From assembly GCA_021821305.1 (NCBI GenBank), contig JAKACP010000001.1, positions 4,934 through 68,933 of the forward strand: a stretch of 64,000 nucleotides of DNA. Direction: 5' to 3'. Position 1 is the stretch's first letter. Every line of letters begins with the position of its first letter. Below the pieces are notes generated by a model. It did not search any database. It was not told the DNA's origin and saw only the letters and a program-made list of their open reading frames with translations. Below are positions 9,178 through 21,871 of this stretch, in pieces. The stretch is from a bacterium (GTDB lineage Bacteria; Patescibacteriota; Minisyncoccia; Moranbacterales; UBA1568). A program made the translations under genes and the position numbers.

Positions 9178-9363
9178 TTACCACGAGGCCTTCCGCACTC
9201 CGGGGATCTCGCCTTTGGAGGCAAGCTCGCGGAAGCAGATGCGACAGAGATCATACCGGCGGAGATACCCGTGTTTCCGACCGCACTTCCAACACCGATT
9301 CACGACACGGGTGGAAAATTTCGGGTGTTTCTCTGCTCTCGCTTGTACTGAAGTCTTCGCCAT
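9178..9363 (-). CDS. rpsZ: 30S ribosomal protein S14, type Z (zinc-binding).
   Basis: 61 aa with [23 protein letters not shown], a four-Cys arrangement. Confidence 0.85.
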   Translation of the reverse strand: MAKTSVQARAEKHPKFSTRVVNRCWKCGRKHGYLRRYDLCRICFRELASKGEIPGVRKASW

Positions 9364-9393
9364 AAGAAATTCTTTCGTGTGAAATAAGTCGGG

Positions 9394-9957
9394 TTATTCT
9401 TCGACCCGGAACGGGAAGCCGAGCCGTCGGAACAGGGCCACGCCCTGCTCGCCGTTCTCAGCCGTCGTCGTCACGGTCACCTGCATGCTGAACACCGTCT
9501 GAACTTTTTCCGGGATGATTTCTGGGAATATCATGTGCTCCTTGAGCCCCACGTTGCAGTTGCCGCTCTTGTCGACGGAAGTCACCGGGATACCCTGGAA
9601 ATCGCGTACGCGCGGAAGCGTCGCATAGAAGAACCGATCGAGGAACTCCCACATGCGCTTGCCACGGAGCGTCACCTTGACGCCGACATCGAGCCCTTCG
9701 CGGATCTTGAATCCGGCGATGGCCTTCCTCGCCTTGGTGAGGACCGGCTTCTGCCCGGTGATGGCCTCGAGCGACTGCACGATCTCGTCGACGCGCTGCT
9801 GCTCCTTGAGGAACTTACCCAGGCCGACATTGACCGTCACCTTCGCGATGCGGGGAAGCGCCAGGATATTCTTCCGCCCGAGATCTTTCTTGAGCTCCGG
9901 AAGGATTTCCTGATATTTCGTTTTCATGAGTGCCTGTTTCATAGTTCGATTCTCCAA
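9394..9957 (-). CDS. rplE: 50S ribosomal protein L5.
   Basis: L5 family motifs (NVGLGKFLKE...GIPVTSVDKSGNCNVGLKEHMIFPEI). Confidence 0.9.
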   Translation of the reverse strand: MENRTMKQALMKTKYQEILPELKKDLGRKNILALPRIAKVTVNVGLGKFLKEQQRVDEIVQSLEAITGQKPVLTKARKAIAGFKIREGLDVGVKVTLRGKRMWEFLDRFFYATLPRVRDFQGIPVTSVDKSGNCNVGLKEHMIFPEIIPEKVQTVFSMQVTVTTTAENGEQGVALFRRLGFPFRVEE

Positions 9958-9965
9958 GAATTCAG

Positions 9966-10274
9966 CTACTGTATCGCCTTCCCCGACTTCCGGCTCACCC
10001 GAACCTTCTCACCGCCCTCGATCGAATATCCGATGCGGGTCGGCTTGCCCGTGTGCGGGCAGACGAGCATCGCGTTCGAAGCGTGTATCGGGAACGGGAG
10101 CTCGATACGCTCCCCCTTCGCTCCGTCACGACGCGCCTTGCGGTGCTTCTTCATGACATTCACGCCCTCGACGACGATCCGCTCCTCCTTGAGAAGCAGC
10201 CGGACGATCTTACCGCGCTTTCCGCGGTCCTTTCCGGTGATCACCTCGATTTCGTCTCCTTTCTTGAATTTCAT
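9966..10274 (-). CDS. rplX: 50S ribosomal protein L24.
   Basis: KOW motif MKFKKGDEIEVITGKDRGKRGKIV. The internal Met was chosen as start; the longer ORF would overlap rplN. Confidence 0.85.
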   Translation of the reverse strand: MKFKKGDEIEVITGKDRGKRGKIVRLLLKEERIVVEGVNVMKKHRKARRDGAKGERIELPFPIHASNAMLVCPHTGKPTRIGYSIEGGEKVRVSRKSGKAIQ

Positions 10275-10287
10275 AGGATTCTCCCGT

Positions 10288-10659
10288 TTACAAAACTTCC
10301 TGAGCGAGCGAAACGATCTTGGCGAACCCTTTCTCGCGAAGCTCGCGGGCGACGGGGCCGAAGATACGCGTCCCTTTCGGATCGACATTGTTCGCGTCGA
10401 CGATGACCGCGGCGTTCTCATCGAACCGGATATAGGAATTGTCCTTGCGGCGATGGGTCTTGGACTGCCGAACGATGACCGCCTTGACCTTGTCGCCTTT
10501 CTTCACCATTCCGCGCGGTTCCGCCGATTTCACGGATGCGACGACGATATCGCCCAGACCGGCATATCGGCGACGGGTTCCCCCGAGCACCTTGAAACAC
10601 TCGATCACTTTCGCGCCGGAGTTATCCGCTACCTTCAATCTGGTTTCCGCTTGAATCAT
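10288..10659 (-). CDS. rplN: 50S ribosomal protein L14.
   Basis: [17 protein letters not shown], the L14 signature. Confidence 0.9.
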   Translation of the reverse strand: MIQAETRLKVADNSGAKVIECFKVLGGTRRRYAGLGDIVVASVKSAEPRGMVKKGDKVKAVIVRQSKTHRRKDNSYIRFDENAAVIVDANNVDPKGTRIFGPVARELREKGFAKIVSLAQEVL

Positions 10660-10696
10660 ACCGCTCTCTTATGCTGATCTTATGACGTATTCCCGA

Positions 10697-10966
10697 TCAC
10701 TTCGCGGCCGGGATGACGATGTGTCGCTTCCGCTTGCTCATGGGCCGACATTCCTGGAACATGACCGAATCCCCTGTCTTGTACGAGCCTTCCGGGATAT
10801 GCACGAGGTACTTCTTCGAAACGAGGTACTTCTTGCCGTATTTCGGATGCGTCTTGAGGGTGTCGACTTTCACCGTGATCGTCTTGTCCATCGCGACGCT
10901 CGTCACCGTACCGCGGAGCTTCGGGGCTCGGGAGGCGTTTTCAGTCGTTGTATTCTGGGTTTCCAT
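10697..10966 (-). CDS. rpsQ: 30S ribosomal protein S17.
   Basis: RKLRGTVTSVAMDKTITVKV, the S17 OB-fold. Confidence 0.9.
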   Translation of the reverse strand: METQNTTTENASRAPKLRGTVTSVAMDKTITVKVDTLKTHPKYGKKYLVSKKYLVHIPEGSYKTGDSVMFQECRPMSKRKRHIVIPAAK

Positions 10967-10977
10967 AATCGGTTCTC

Positions 10978-11178
10978 CTATGCCGTTAATGCTTCTTCGC
11001 GCTCGATCGTCAGGATACGCGCGATGTCCTTCTTCACGGCGCGATATTCGCGGTGATTCTTCGTCTCGCGCCCGGCGATGGAGAAACGGAGTTCCCGTCC
11101 TTTCGTCCGGAGCTCGAGCAGGAGCTTCTCCCGTTCGGCCTGATTTTTCTCACGCAGTTCCTTGATCTTCATATGCAT
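10978..11178 (-). CDS. rpmC: 50S ribosomal protein L29.
   Basis: MKIKELREK...L...LRF, a short helical protein in the L29 position. Confidence 0.85.
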   Translation of the reverse strand: MHMKIKELREKNQAEREKLLLELRTKGRELRFSIAGRETKNHREYRAVKKDIARILTIEREEALTA

Positions 11179-11250
11179 TTCTTAGAACCTGTCCAACATC
11201 TCACCGCGTCGAATGAAATTAAATGCTTTCCGCTTGTCGGATAAAAGTCC

Positions 11251-11334
11251 CTGATTTCGGCTGCAAATCATTTATCGCTCGTCGGCGTATCCCGATATGC
11301 CTCCTCACGATGCATGATTTTCGCTCGAAATCAG
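11251..11334 (-). other. About 84 nt hairpin (arms ctgatttcg/cgaaatcag) inside an unusual ~190 bp lower-GC spacer between rplP and rpmC. Function unknown.
   Basis: Seen directly in the sequence. rplP stops at 11371 and rpmC starts at 11172-11178. Confidence 0.45.
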
Positions 11335-11370
11335 AAACTTTTCTCTCGACATGATCTCTTGTACAGGTTC

Positions 11371-11793
11371 TTATTCGGTTCCATGCCGGTCGACGAATTT
11401 CGTCTTGATGGCCAGTTTGTGCGAGGCGAGCCGCATCGCTTCCATCGCCAGTTCTCTCGGGATACCGTCGAGCTCGAAGAGCATCCTTCCGGCGGTCACC
11501 TTGGCGACATAGTGGTCGACGCTTCCCTTTCCCTTTCCCATCGGAGTCTGTTCCCCCTTCTTCGTCATCGGCTTGTCGGGAAACACCCGGATCCACACCT
11601 TGCCGCCGCGATGGATGGAACGGGTCATCGCCCGACGGGCGGACTCGATCTGGCGGGCCGAAATAAGTCCGGTTTCGAGGGCCTTGAGACCGAAGCTCCC
11701 GAAGCTCACCCGAGCGCCGGCAGTCGTCGTTCCCTTCGGCCATCCGCCACGATGGACCTTCCGATGTTTCACTTTTCGCGGCATGAGCAACAT
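11371..11793 (-). CDS. rplP: 50S ribosomal protein L16.
   Basis: MPRKVKHRKVHRG...GMGKGKGSVDHYVAKV, the L16 signature. Confidence 0.9.
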   Translation of the reverse strand: MLLMPRKVKHRKVHRGGWPKGTTTAGARVSFGSFGLKALETGLISARQIESARRAMTRSIHRGGKVWIRVFPDKPMTKKGEQTPMGKGKGSVDHYVAKVTAGRMLFELDGIPRELAMEAMRLASHKLAIKTKFVDRHGTE

Positions 11794-11826
11794 ATCGTTG
11801 TCCTGTTCCTACTTATTGAAAGCTTC

Positions 11827-12495
11827 CTACTTCTCCTCGGTCTTCGGTTCGCGTTCCTCGAATTTCTCTCCCTTGAAGATCCATACCTTCACCCCGATGG
11901 TCCCGTATGTGGTCCTGGCGACCGTCTGGGCGAAATCGATATCGGCCCGGAGGGTGTGGAGCGGGATCTTCCCCCGCGAGACCCATTCCCTGCGCGACAT
12001 CTCGGCTCCTCCGAGACGACCCGATATCTCTATCTTCGCGCCCTCGACGCTGCGGCTCGTCATCACCTTCTCGATCGTCCCCTTGAGGATCCTCCGAAAC
12101 GGCATACGCCGTTCGATCTGCTCGGCGACCTGCTGTCCCACGAGCATCGCGTTCTCATCCGGTGACTTGATCTCCTGCACGTCCACCTTGAGGTCCATCT
12201 TCTTTCCGGGGAAGAATCGCGCCTTCATGACGCGGGTCAGGTCCTCGATTCCGGTTCCGCCGCGACCGATGAGGACGCCGGGACGGGAGGTCGAGATGAT
12301 GACACGGATCGTGTTGGCGGATCGTTCGATATGCACGTCCGCGATAGCGGCGGCCTTCCACTTCTTCTCCACGAACCCGCGGATTTCCACGTCCTCACGG
12401 AGCTTCTGCTGGAAGTTTTTCTCGTCGAACCAGCGGGATTTCCATCCCGCGGTCACACCGAGCCGAAATCCGATTGGATGAACCTTCTGTCCCAT
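11827..12495 (-). CDS. rpsC: 30S ribosomal protein S3.
   Basis: MGQKVHPIGFRLGVT, S3 KH domain. Confidence 0.9.
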   Translation of the reverse strand: MGQKVHPIGFRLGVTAGWKSRWFDEKNFQQKLREDVEIRGFVEKKWKAAAIADVHIERSANTIRVIISTSRPGVLIGRGGTGIEDLTRVMKARFFPGKKMDLKVDVQEIKSPDENAMLVGQQVAEQIERRMPFRRILKGTIEKVMTSRSVEGAKIEISGRLGGAEMSRREWVSRGKIPLHTLRADIDFAQTVARTTYGTIGVKVWIFKGEKFEEREPKTEEK

Positions 12496-12499
12496 AACG

Positions 12500-13039
12500 T
12501 TAGAATGATTTTCTCTGATAGACCCGCTTCACGACATTTTTCCGTTCCTTCATTTCCTGCTTCACGGCGACGTCTTTCTTCGCCTCTTTCTTCTCTTCCG
12601 CCGCCAGGAGGGTGTTCCCTTCGGATTTCTTCTCCTCGCCCTCCTTCGGCGCCACCGATTCCGTCACCGGTAGGGGTCGCTTCCGCTCCTTGCGGTTGAG
12701 CCCCTCGACCGTCTCCTCGAGCACCAAGGTCACCTTGGAGAGCCTCCGCATGATCGGATTCGCCCGACCGAAGGCGCGCGGCATCCATCGCTTGAGGCGC
12801 TGGCCCTCGCCCACGACCGCGGAGAGGACATAGAGGTTCCCGGGATCGAGGCCGAAGTTGTGCTCGGCGTTGGCGATCGCGCTCCGGAGGAGCTTCTCGA
12901 CCGGCTCCGAAGACCGCTTCACCTGCTTTCCGAGCTCGATCAGGGCGTCGTTGACCGGCATGCCCGAGATCACGTTCGAAACCAGCCGGACTTTCCGGGG
13001 AGCGATCTTGAGGTTGTTGAGCTTGGCGACTACTTGCAT
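12500..13039 (-). CDS. rplV: 50S ribosomal protein L22 with a Lys/Glu-rich C-terminal extension.
   Basis: An L22 core is followed by an extension (...KKSEGNTLLAAEEKKEAKKDVAVKQEMKERK). Confidence 0.85.
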   Translation of the reverse strand: MQVVAKLNNLKIAPRKVRLVSNVISGMPVNDALIELGKQVKRSSEPVEKLLRSAIANAEHNFGLDPGNLYVLSAVVGEGQRLKRWMPRAFGRANPIMRRLSKVTLVLEETVEGLNRKERKRPLPVTESVAPKEGEEKKSEGNTLLAAEEKKEAKKDVAVKQEMKERKNVVKRVYQRKSF

Positions 13040-13069
13040 AACCGTGTTTTGATCGTTGGGATCGTATTA

Positions 13070-13408
13070 TTACTTGGCCGGGGTCGCGGCCTTGGCGGCC
13101 TTGGCGGCGTCGAGTTCGCGCTGTTTGGCGGCGATCTCTATCTCTTTCTGCATCTTGCCTCCGTGTCGGACGAACTTGCGGGTCGGGGAGAATTCACCGA
13201 GCTTGTGTCCGACCATCTCTTCCGTCACGTACACCGGCGTATGCTCCCGCCCGTTGTGCACGCCGAAGGTGAATCCGACCATTTCCGGGGAGATCGTCGA
13301 GGCGCGCGCCCACGTCTTGATGACGGACTTGTCGCCGATTTTCTTCCCTTCGAGCTTCTTGAGAACTCTCGGGTCTACGTATGGTCCTTTCTTGAGACTT
13401 CGTGACAT
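13070..13408 (-). CDS. rpsS: 30S ribosomal protein S19.
   Basis: [12 protein letters not shown]...[27 protein letters not shown]. Confidence 0.9.
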   Translation of the reverse strand: MSRSLKKGPYVDPRVLKKLEGKKIGDKSVIKTWARASTISPEMVGFTFGVHNGREHTPVYVTEEMVGHKLGEFSPTRKFVRHGGKMQKEIEIAAKQRELDAAKAAKAATPAK

Positions 13409-13432
13409 AGCTTGGTCGCTTTCAAAAATTCC

Positions 13433-14260
13433 TTATTTCTTGACTCTGCGCTTGACGATGTACTTGTTGCTCGCTTTCTGGCGCGGGCGCGTCTTCTTGC
13501 CGAGTGCCGGCTTGCCCCACGGGGTCTTCGGGTGCATACCGATCGGCTGTCGTCCCTCGCCTCCGCCGTGCGGGTGGTCCACCGGGTTCATGGCCGAGCC
13601 ACGGACCGTCGGGCGCTTCCCCTTCCAGCGATTGCGTCCGGCCTTGCCGATCCGCTCGGAGCTGTGCTCAAAATTGCTTACCTGGCCGATTGTCGCATAG
13701 CACTCCTTGGAAATCAAGCGAACCTCGCCGGAGGAGAGCTTGACCTGCGCCATTTCACCTTCAAGCGCCATGAGGGTCGCGCTCGAACCGGCGCTCCGGA
13801 CGATCTGTCCTCCGCGGCCGATCTTCATCTCTATGTTGGAAATGACCGTGCCCGTGGGGATGTTCCGTACCTTCAGGCGGTTGCCTTCGGCGATGGGAGC
13901 CTCGGGTCCCGAGACGATCTCCTGGCCGACCTTCATCCCGGCGGTCGCCACGATGTAGCGTTTCTCACCGTCGCGGTACGAGAGGAGGGCGATGAGCGCG
14001 GAACGGTTCGGATCCCGCTCGATCTGGAGGATCTTCGCCGGAATATCCAGCTTGTCCTGGCGGAAGTCGATGAGGCGGTACATGCGCTTGTGGCCTCCGC
14101 CCTTGTGACGGACGGAGATCTTCCCGTTGCTGCGGCCGCCGGTCTTCTTGATCGGGCGAAGCAGGGATTTCTCCGGGGTCCCACCCGAAACCTGGTCCGG
14201 TTTCACGATGGACATGAAACGGCGTCCGGCATTGTTCTTCTTGTATATCTTGATTGCCAT
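13433..14260 (-). CDS. rplB: 50S ribosomal protein L2.
   Basis: L2 motifs ([29 protein letters not shown]). Confidence 0.9.
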   Translation of the reverse strand: MAIKIYKKNNAGRRFMSIVKPDQVSGGTPEKSLLRPIKKTGGRSNGKISVRHKGGGHKRMYRLIDFRQDKLDIPAKILQIERDPNRSALIALLSYRDGEKRYIVATAGMKVGQEIVSGPEAPIAEGNRLKVRNIPTGTVISNIEMKIGRGGQIVRSAGSSATLMALEGEMAQVKLSSGEVRLISKECYATIGQVSNFEHSSERIGKAGRNRWKGKRPTVRGSAMNPVDHPHGGGEGRQPIGMHPKTPWGKPALGKKTRPRQKASNKYIVKRRVKK

Positions 14261-14271
14261 ATTCGTTCAAT

Positions 14272-14631
14272 CTAGGATCCGGTGGTTTGGGTCAACGTCT
14301 CTCCCTTCGCGACCGTGACGATCGCCTTCTTCATGCCGGAGGTGAAAATCTCGTTGCGGCCCGACAGTTTCCGCTTGCGGGGAACGTTCACGATATGGAC
14401 CTTTTCCGGGCGGACGCCGTACACCGTCTCGATCGCGAGCTTCACCGACGCCTTGGTCGCCTCCTTGGAAACGCGGAACACGTACTGGTTCAGCTCATTG
14501 AGGAGGTAGGACTTCTCGGTCACGCGCGTCGAAAGGAGCACGTTGTTCGCGAGCGTCTGCATCGGAAGGGACTCCTTCATTTTCGGGGAGACCGCCGCCT
14601 TCTTCTCATCTTTTTTCTCGAAGAGTGCCAT
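14272..14631 (-). CDS. rplW: 50S ribosomal protein L23.
   Basis: Position between rplD and rplB, with L23-like content (YVFRVSKEATKASVKLAIETVYGV). Confidence 0.85.
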   Translation of the reverse strand: MALFEKKDEKKAAVSPKMKESLPMQTLANNVLLSTRVTEKSYLLNELNQYVFRVSKEATKASVKLAIETVYGVRPEKVHIVNVPRKRKLSGRNEIFTSGMKKAIVTVAKGETLTQTTGS

Positions 14632-14637
14632 AGTCGT

Positions 14638-15297
14638 CTATTTGGATGATTCCTGCTTCTCGAACCTCGCCGCGAGGAGATCGATCGACTGCTTGGTCAC
14701 GAGCAGATACTCGTGGTTCAGGAGATCGAAGACGCTCATGTTGTCGGAAAGGACGTTCGTGGTCTTCTCGATATTCCGGCTCATCGCCTCGGTCTCCCGC
14801 TCGGTCTTGGAAAAACCGACGAGGACTTTCCCCGGGCGGACGCCGAGGGTCTCGAGCAGTCCCGCGAACGCTCTGGTCTTCTTCGTCTCGAACGCGAACT
14901 CGTCCACGATACGGATCTTCTCGGCGCGGAGCTTCTCGGAGAGCGCTATGCACAGCGCCTTCTGGCGCATCTTCCGGTTGGTGTCCTTCGAGAAATTTCG
15001 ATCCTTGGTCGGGCCGAAGGTGACGCCACCCTTCCTCCAGAGCGGGCTCCTGACGGACCCGACACGGGCACGGCCGGTTCCCTTCTGCTTCCAGGGCTTC
15101 TTGCCGGAACCCGCGCGCTCGCCGCGGCCCTTCGTGTGGGCGATCGGACTGCGGAGGTTCGCGGAGATGGCGACGTATACCTGGTGGACCAAGGTGTCGT
15201 TGGACGCCACGGCGAACACCGCTTCCGGAAGATCGATCTTCCCGGTCTGTTCACCTTTCACGTTGTAGAGCGGAGCCTGTATCATATGTTCGTTCAA
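14638..15297 (-). CDS. rplD: 50S ribosomal protein L4.
   Basis: L4 family (KGRGERAGSGKKPWKQKGTGRAR). Confidence 0.9.
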   Translation of the reverse strand: MNEHMIQAPLYNVKGEQTGKIDLPEAVFAVASNDTLVHQVYVAISANLRSPIAHTKGRGERAGSGKKPWKQKGTGRARVGSVRSPLWRKGGVTFGPTKDRNFSKDTNRKMRQKALCIALSEKLRAEKIRIVDEFAFETKKTRAFAGLLETLGVRPGKVLVGFSKTERETEAMSRNIEKTTNVLSDNMSVFDLLNHEYLLVTKQSIDLLAARFEKQESSK

Positions 15298-15306
15298 AAA
15301 TGCGCG

Positions 15307-15927
15307 CTACTTTCCACCGACCTTCTTGCCCATGCCGCGTACCCCGACGATACCGCCGTTGATTCCCGGGACGGCCCCACGGACGGCGATCAGATTCTTC
15401 TCGGCGTCGACGAGCACGACGCGGAGGTTCTCGATCGTGAAATGCTCGCCTCCCATGCGGCCGGCCATGCGGCGACCCTTCACGACGTGCTCGGGAAACG
15501 TCGCACCGATCGATCCGGGCTTGCGCATATCGTGCTTGCGTCCATGGCTGGCGGGAGCACCCGCGAACCCGTGACGCTTCACTACGCCCTGGAATCCCTT
15601 GGCCTTGGTCACCCCGAAGATGTCGACGATGTCGCCTGCCTCGAACACCGAGACGTTCACGACGTCGCCTTCCTTCACGCCCTCGATGGCGACGGTGCCG
15701 GCGGATTCGTCCTTGCCCTTCGCGGTGAACGGACGGCGGAACTCCTTCTTCACGGTCTTCCGGGCGGTTTTCGGAGCTTCGACCTGTACGGCCGCATATC
15801 CGTCACGTTCCACCGTGCGGACGAGCGACACCTTGTTTTCGGCGCAGGAAATCAGCGTCACGTTTTCCGAGACGGGTCCGTCGTGGAGCGTCGTCATGCC
15901 GAGTTTTTTTCCGATGAGAAACTTCAT
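15307..15927 (-). CDS. rplC: 50S ribosomal protein L3.
   Basis: MKFLIGKKLGMT...TKAKGFQGVVKRHGF. Confidence 0.9.
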   Translation of the reverse strand: MKFLIGKKLGMTTLHDGPVSENVTLISCAENKVSLVRTVERDGYAAVQVEAPKTARKTVKKEFRRPFTAKGKDESAGTVAIEGVKEGDVVNVSVFEAGDIVDIFGVTKAKGFQGVVKRHGFAGAPASHGRKHDMRKPGSIGATFPEHVVKGRRMAGRMGGEHFTIENLRVVLVDAEKNLIAVRGAVPGINGGIVGVRGMGKKVGGK

Positions 15928-15979
15928 ACGTTCGATATCTTGGGTAAACTTCCTGACGTTCCGCGTATTCCTTTCGAGT

Positions 15980-16007
15980 AAAACAAAAAGCTGGTTCCTC
16001 CCCAGCC
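15980..16007 (-). terminator. Terminator-like hairpin plus U-run inside the rpsJ-rplC spacer (minus strand reads ggctggggaggaaccagctttttgtttt). Candidate attenuator.
   Basis: Seen in the sequence. The stem is only 5-6 bp, so this is a weak call. Confidence 0.3.
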
Positions 16008-16080
16008 AAACCGCTTTCGCGCCTGGCTCGTTCAGTATCCCCTTCCGGGGACTTTAACGAGTTTCTTTTTGTATTCCCTG

Positions 16081-16410
16081 CTACATCTTGATCTCGATAT
16101 CCACTCCCGTCGGCAGATCAAGGTTCGTGAGGAGCTCTATCGTCTTCGGATTCGGATTCATGATGTCTATCAGCCGCTTGTGGACCCGCATCTCATACTG
16201 GTCACGGGCGTTCTTGTGCACGAAGGTGGATCGGTTCACCGTCACCTTGTGTATCTCCGTCGGAAGCGGTACCGGTCCGGTGATGGCGGCGCCGCTGCGC
16301 TCCGCCGTCTCGACGATCTTCCTCGCGGACTGGTCGATCACCTTGTGATCGTACGCCTTGATCTTCACGCGCATCCGCGTCTCGACTTCGGTTGTTGCTT
16401 TTTTGGCCAT
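16081..16410 (-). CDS. rpsJ: 30S ribosomal protein S10.
   Basis: [23 protein letters not shown], the S10 signature. Confidence 0.9.
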   Translation of the reverse strand: MAKKATTEVETRMRVKIKAYDHKVIDQSARKIVETAERSGAAITGPVPLPTEIHKVTVNRSTFVHKNARDQYEMRVHKRLIDIMNPNPKTIELLTNLDLPTGVDIEIKM

Positions 16411-16497
16411 TGCCGTTTTCTCGGTTATTACTTTCGACGCCCATTCGGAGAAGGAGCGGGCGGAACCGTTTTCCGCCCGCGGTTTCCCAGAACGGGA

Positions 16498-17688
16498 TTA
16501 TTTCATGATCTTCGTCGCGACACCGGCACCGACCGTGCGTCCGCCCTCGCGGATCGCGAATCGCATGCCTTCTTCCATGGCGACCGGGGCGATGAGTTTC
16601 ACCTTGAGGGTGACCGTGTCGCCCGGCATGACCATCTCCGATCCTTCCGGAAGTTCCACTTCGCCGGTCACATCCGTGGTGCGGATGTAGAACTGCGGCT
16701 TGTAGCCCTTGAAGAACGGGGTGTGGCGTCCGCCTTCCTCCTTGGAGAGGATATAGACCTCGCCTTCGAATTCGGTGTGAGGGGTGATGGAACCCGGCTT
16801 GGCGAGCACCTGGCCGCGCTCCACGTCTTCCTTCTTGATACCGCGGATGAGGAGTCCGGCGTTGTCACCGGCCTGTCCCTTGTCGAGCTGCTTGTTGAAC
16901 ATCTCGACACCCGTGACGACCGTCTTGGCCGTCGGCTTGAGACCGACGATCTCGACTTCCTCGTTGATGTTCACGATACCGCGTTCGATGCGGCCCGTGA
17001 CCACGGTTCCGCGTCCTTCGATGGAGAAGATGTCCTCGATCGGCATGAGGAACGGCTTTTCCGTATCACGGACCGGTTCGGGGATCTTGGCATCGAGAGC
17101 AGCCATGAGCTCGAGAATCGGCTTGGCGCCTTCGTCGTCGATCGACTTCGCCTCGAGCGCCTTGAGCGCCGATCCGCGGATGACCGCGGCGTTGTCGCCG
17201 TCGAATTCGTACTTGGTGAGGAGCTCGCGGACTTCGGCCTCGACGAGGTCGATCAGCTCCGGATCATCCACCATGTCGACCTTGTTGAGGAAGACGACGA
17301 TCTCCGGCACGCCGACTTGGCGGGCGAGAAGGATGTGCTCGCGGGTCTGCGGCATCGGGCCGTCGGTCGCGGCGACCACGAGGATGGCACCGTCCATCTG
17401 AGCGGCACCCGTGATCATGTTCTTGATATAGTCGGCGTGTCCCGGGCAGTCGACGTGCGCGTAGTGACGGGCGTCCGACTCGTATTCGCAGTGAGCGGTC
17501 GCGATCGTTATACCGCGGGCCTTCTCTTCCGGGGCCTTGTCGATCTCATCGACGCCGCGCGCCTTCGCGAATCCCTTCATCGAAAGCACGTTCAAGATAC
17601 CGGCCGTGAGGGTCGTCTTTCCGTGGTCGACGTGACCGATTGTGCCGACGTTGACGTGCGGCTTGGTCCGCTGAAACTGCTCTGCCAT
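16498..17688 (-). CDS. tuf: Elongation factor Tu.
   Basis: [26 protein letters not shown]; full-length EF-Tu. Confidence 0.95.
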   Translation of the reverse strand: MAEQFQRTKPHVNVGTIGHVDHGKTTLTAGILNVLSMKGFAKARGVDEIDKAPEEKARGITIATAHCEYESDARHYAHVDCPGHADYIKNMITGAAQMDGAILVVAATDGPMPQTREHILLARQVGVPEIVVFLNKVDMVDDPELIDLVEAEVRELLTKYEFDGDNAAVIRGSALKALEAKSIDDEGAKPILELMAALDAKIPEPVRDTEKPFLMPIEDIFSIEGRGTVVTGRIERGIVNINEEVEIVGLKPTAKTVVTGVEMFNKQLDKGQAGDNAGLLIRGIKKEDVERGQVLAKPGSITPHTEFEGEVYILSKEEGGRHTPFFKGYKPQFYIRTTDVTGEVELPEGSEMVMPGDTVTLKVKLIAPVAMEEGMRFAIREGGRTVGAGVATKIMK

Positions 17689-17894
17689 ACGATAGTGGAC
17701 TGCCCGAAGGGAGTGTCTGACACCCCGCTCCCGCAATCAATAATATAACGGATTATTTTTTTAGCGAAAACAAATATCTCCTCCTCGTTCCACCTCCTAA
17801 AAAGACGGAACGGCGGGAGAAAACGTCAGTTGCAATCCTACCAACAGCGCTTTCTTTTGTCAAGAGCGGCCGGATAGGAAGTCCATGGCTTTCC

Positions 17895-20006
<2,112 letters not shown>

Positions 20007-20118
20007 AGACTTATATGTTTAACGTGTAAAAATCGATATGAAAAACGTATATTCCCGAAAAAACCTTCCGCGATAGGGAAGGTTCCGCTCCCCTCCGGGA
20101 TATGCTGGAGAAGGGAGA

Positions 20119-20586
20119 CTAGGCGAAGTGAGCGAACGCCTTGTTCGCATCCGCCATACGGTGGACTTCTTCGCGCTTCTTCATGGCCGACCCTGCCTTG
20201 TTCGATGCTTCCATGAGTTCGTGCGCGAGCTTCTCGGCCATGGCCTTGCCCTTCTGCTTGCGGCAGGCGTCGCGGATCCAGCGCATCGCGAGCGTCTGGC
20301 GGCGATCGCCGGACACCGGGACCGGAACCTGGTAGTTCGCTCCGCCGACGCGGCGGGACTTCAGCTCAAGGAGCGGGGAGATATTCTTGATAGCCTGTTC
20401 GAACACGTTCAAGCCGCCCTTCTTGGTCTTGTCGTGGATGATGTCGAACGAATCGTAGATGATCTGCTCGGCCACGCTCCGCTTGCCGTTCCACATGATG
20501 AGTCCGATGAAATGACCCACGAGCGGGCTCCCGTACTTCGCGTCGGGCTCCCAGGGCTTCTTGTACTGTCGTTTCCTTCTCGGCAT
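20119..20586 (-). CDS. rpsG: 30S ribosomal protein S7.
   Basis: MPRRKRQYKKP..., S7 family. Confidence 0.9.
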   Translation of the reverse strand: MPRRKRQYKKPWEPDAKYGSPLVGHFIGLIMWNGKRSVAEQIIYDSFDIIHDKTKKGGLNVFEQAIKNISPLLELKSRRVGGANYQVPVPVSGDRRQTLAMRWIRDACRKQKGKAMAEKLAHELMEASNKAGSAMKKREEVHRMADANKAFAHFA

Positions 20587-20607
20587 AGTGATTGTTGATC
20601 GGGTATC

Positions 20608-21027
20608 TTATGCGGCCTTCTTCTCGCGCTTGCAGCCGTACTTCGAGCGGCCCTGCTTGCGACCGGCGACTCCAGCGGAGTCGAGCACGCCGCGGACGAC
20701 GTGATAGCGCACACCCGGGAGGTCCTTCACGCGTCCTCCGCGGATCATGACGATCGAGTGTTCCTGGAGGTTGTGCCCTTCGCCGCCGATGTAGGCCGTG
20801 ACTTCCATACCGTTCGTGATGCGGACACGGGCGATTTTCCGGAGCGCCGAGTTCGGCTTCTTCGGGGTGATGGTGGTCACCTTGATGCAGACTCCGCGCT
20901 TGAACGGGCTGTCCGTGTAGGTCTTGCGGTTCTTGATCGTGTTCGAGACGTACGTCATCGCCGGAGACTTGGACTTCCTCGCCGCGGTCTTCCTCGGGCG
21001 CTTCACGAGCTGGTTGATCGTTGCCAT
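20608..21027 (-). CDS. rpsL: 30S ribosomal protein S12.
   Basis: [13 protein letters not shown]...[10 protein letters not shown]. The internal Met was chosen; the upstream Ser-rich N-terminus in the ORF track is not credible. Confidence 0.9.
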   Translation of the reverse strand: MATINQLVKRPRKTAARKSKSPAMTYVSNTIKNRKTYTDSPFKRGVCIKVTTITPKKPNSALRKIARVRITNGMEVTAYIGGEGHNLQEHSIVMIRGGRVKDLPGVRYHVVRGVLDSAGVAGRKQGRSKYGCKREKKAA

Positions 21028-21148
21028 TCCTTTGAAAACAATGAAAACAAAATGAAAAAGCGCTACACGCTTGTGAGAGCCATGGTAGAGGAAAGCGGAA
21101 AACTTGTCAACAAGCCTCCCCTCGCGTCCTGCCTCGGATACTTTCCAC

Positions 21149-21871
21149 TCAGAAGAGGAGCCCGAAAAAGAACTCGAGCGCGGGGGAAATGATGGCCGAG
21201 AGCAGGCCCGGCAGGAGGAAGATGATGCCGAGGAGGATGAAGAATCCCCACTGCTCAAGGAAGCGGACCGTCTCCTCCCGGAGGCCGAAAAGCGGGTAAA
21301 GGAGCTTCGATCCGTCCAGAGGCGGAATCGGGATGAGGTTGAAGAACGCGAGGAGCACGTTCCAGAACACGATGAAGAGACAGAGACCGAAGAAGATGCC
21401 GGCGAACGATCCCGACAGCGCGTCGGCGAACAGTCCCCACCGGTCGAAGAAATCCCCTCCTCCGGAAATCACGCCGATGAAGCGTGAGAAGATATCCTCC
21501 TTGGCGAGCGCGCCGAGCGGGAGCAGGTTGGCCGCGAGAACGGCGGAGAGCGCGAGCAGGATGTTCGAGAGCGGTCCGGCGAACGCGACCAATACCGGCC
21601 CCCACTTCTGATCGCGGAGGTTGTACGGGTTGTACGGAACCGGCTTGGCCCATCCGAACGCGAATCCGGCCATGAGGAAGAGCCCGATCGGCACGATGAT
21701 CGACCCGAACGGGTCGACGTGCTTCACCGGGTTGAGATTGAGCCGCCCGGCGTATTTCGCGGTCATATCGCCGAGCCAGAGCGCCACGACACCGTGCGAC
21801 ACCTCATGGATGACGATGGAATAGACGAGGGTGACGAGATAGAAACCGACAAGTACGAGTTCGTTGGCCAT
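21149..21871 (-). CDS. Site-2-protease-like M50 family zinc metalloprotease (membrane).
   Basis: HEVSHG (HExxH) inside a TM helix and a polytopic hydrophobic profile. The start is uncertain; candidates are 21871, 21943 and 21994. Confidence 0.6.
   Translation of the reverse strand: MANELVLVGFYLVTLVYSIVIHEVSHGVVALWLGDMTAKYAGRLNLNPVKHVDPFGSIIVPIGLFLMAGFAFGWAKPVPYNPYNLRDQKWGPVLVAFAGPLSNILLALSAVLAANLLPLGALAKEDIFSRFIGVISGGGDFFDRWGLFADALSGSFAGIFFGLCLFIVFWNVLLAFFNLIPIPPLDGSKLLYPLFGLREETVRFLEQWGFFILLGIIFLLPGLLSAIISPALEFFFGLLF

Noticed and set aside
11219-11743. 174 aa minus-strand ORF overlapping rplP out of frame.
   Set aside because: Alternative frame of a well-supported L16 gene, with an Arg-rich translation.
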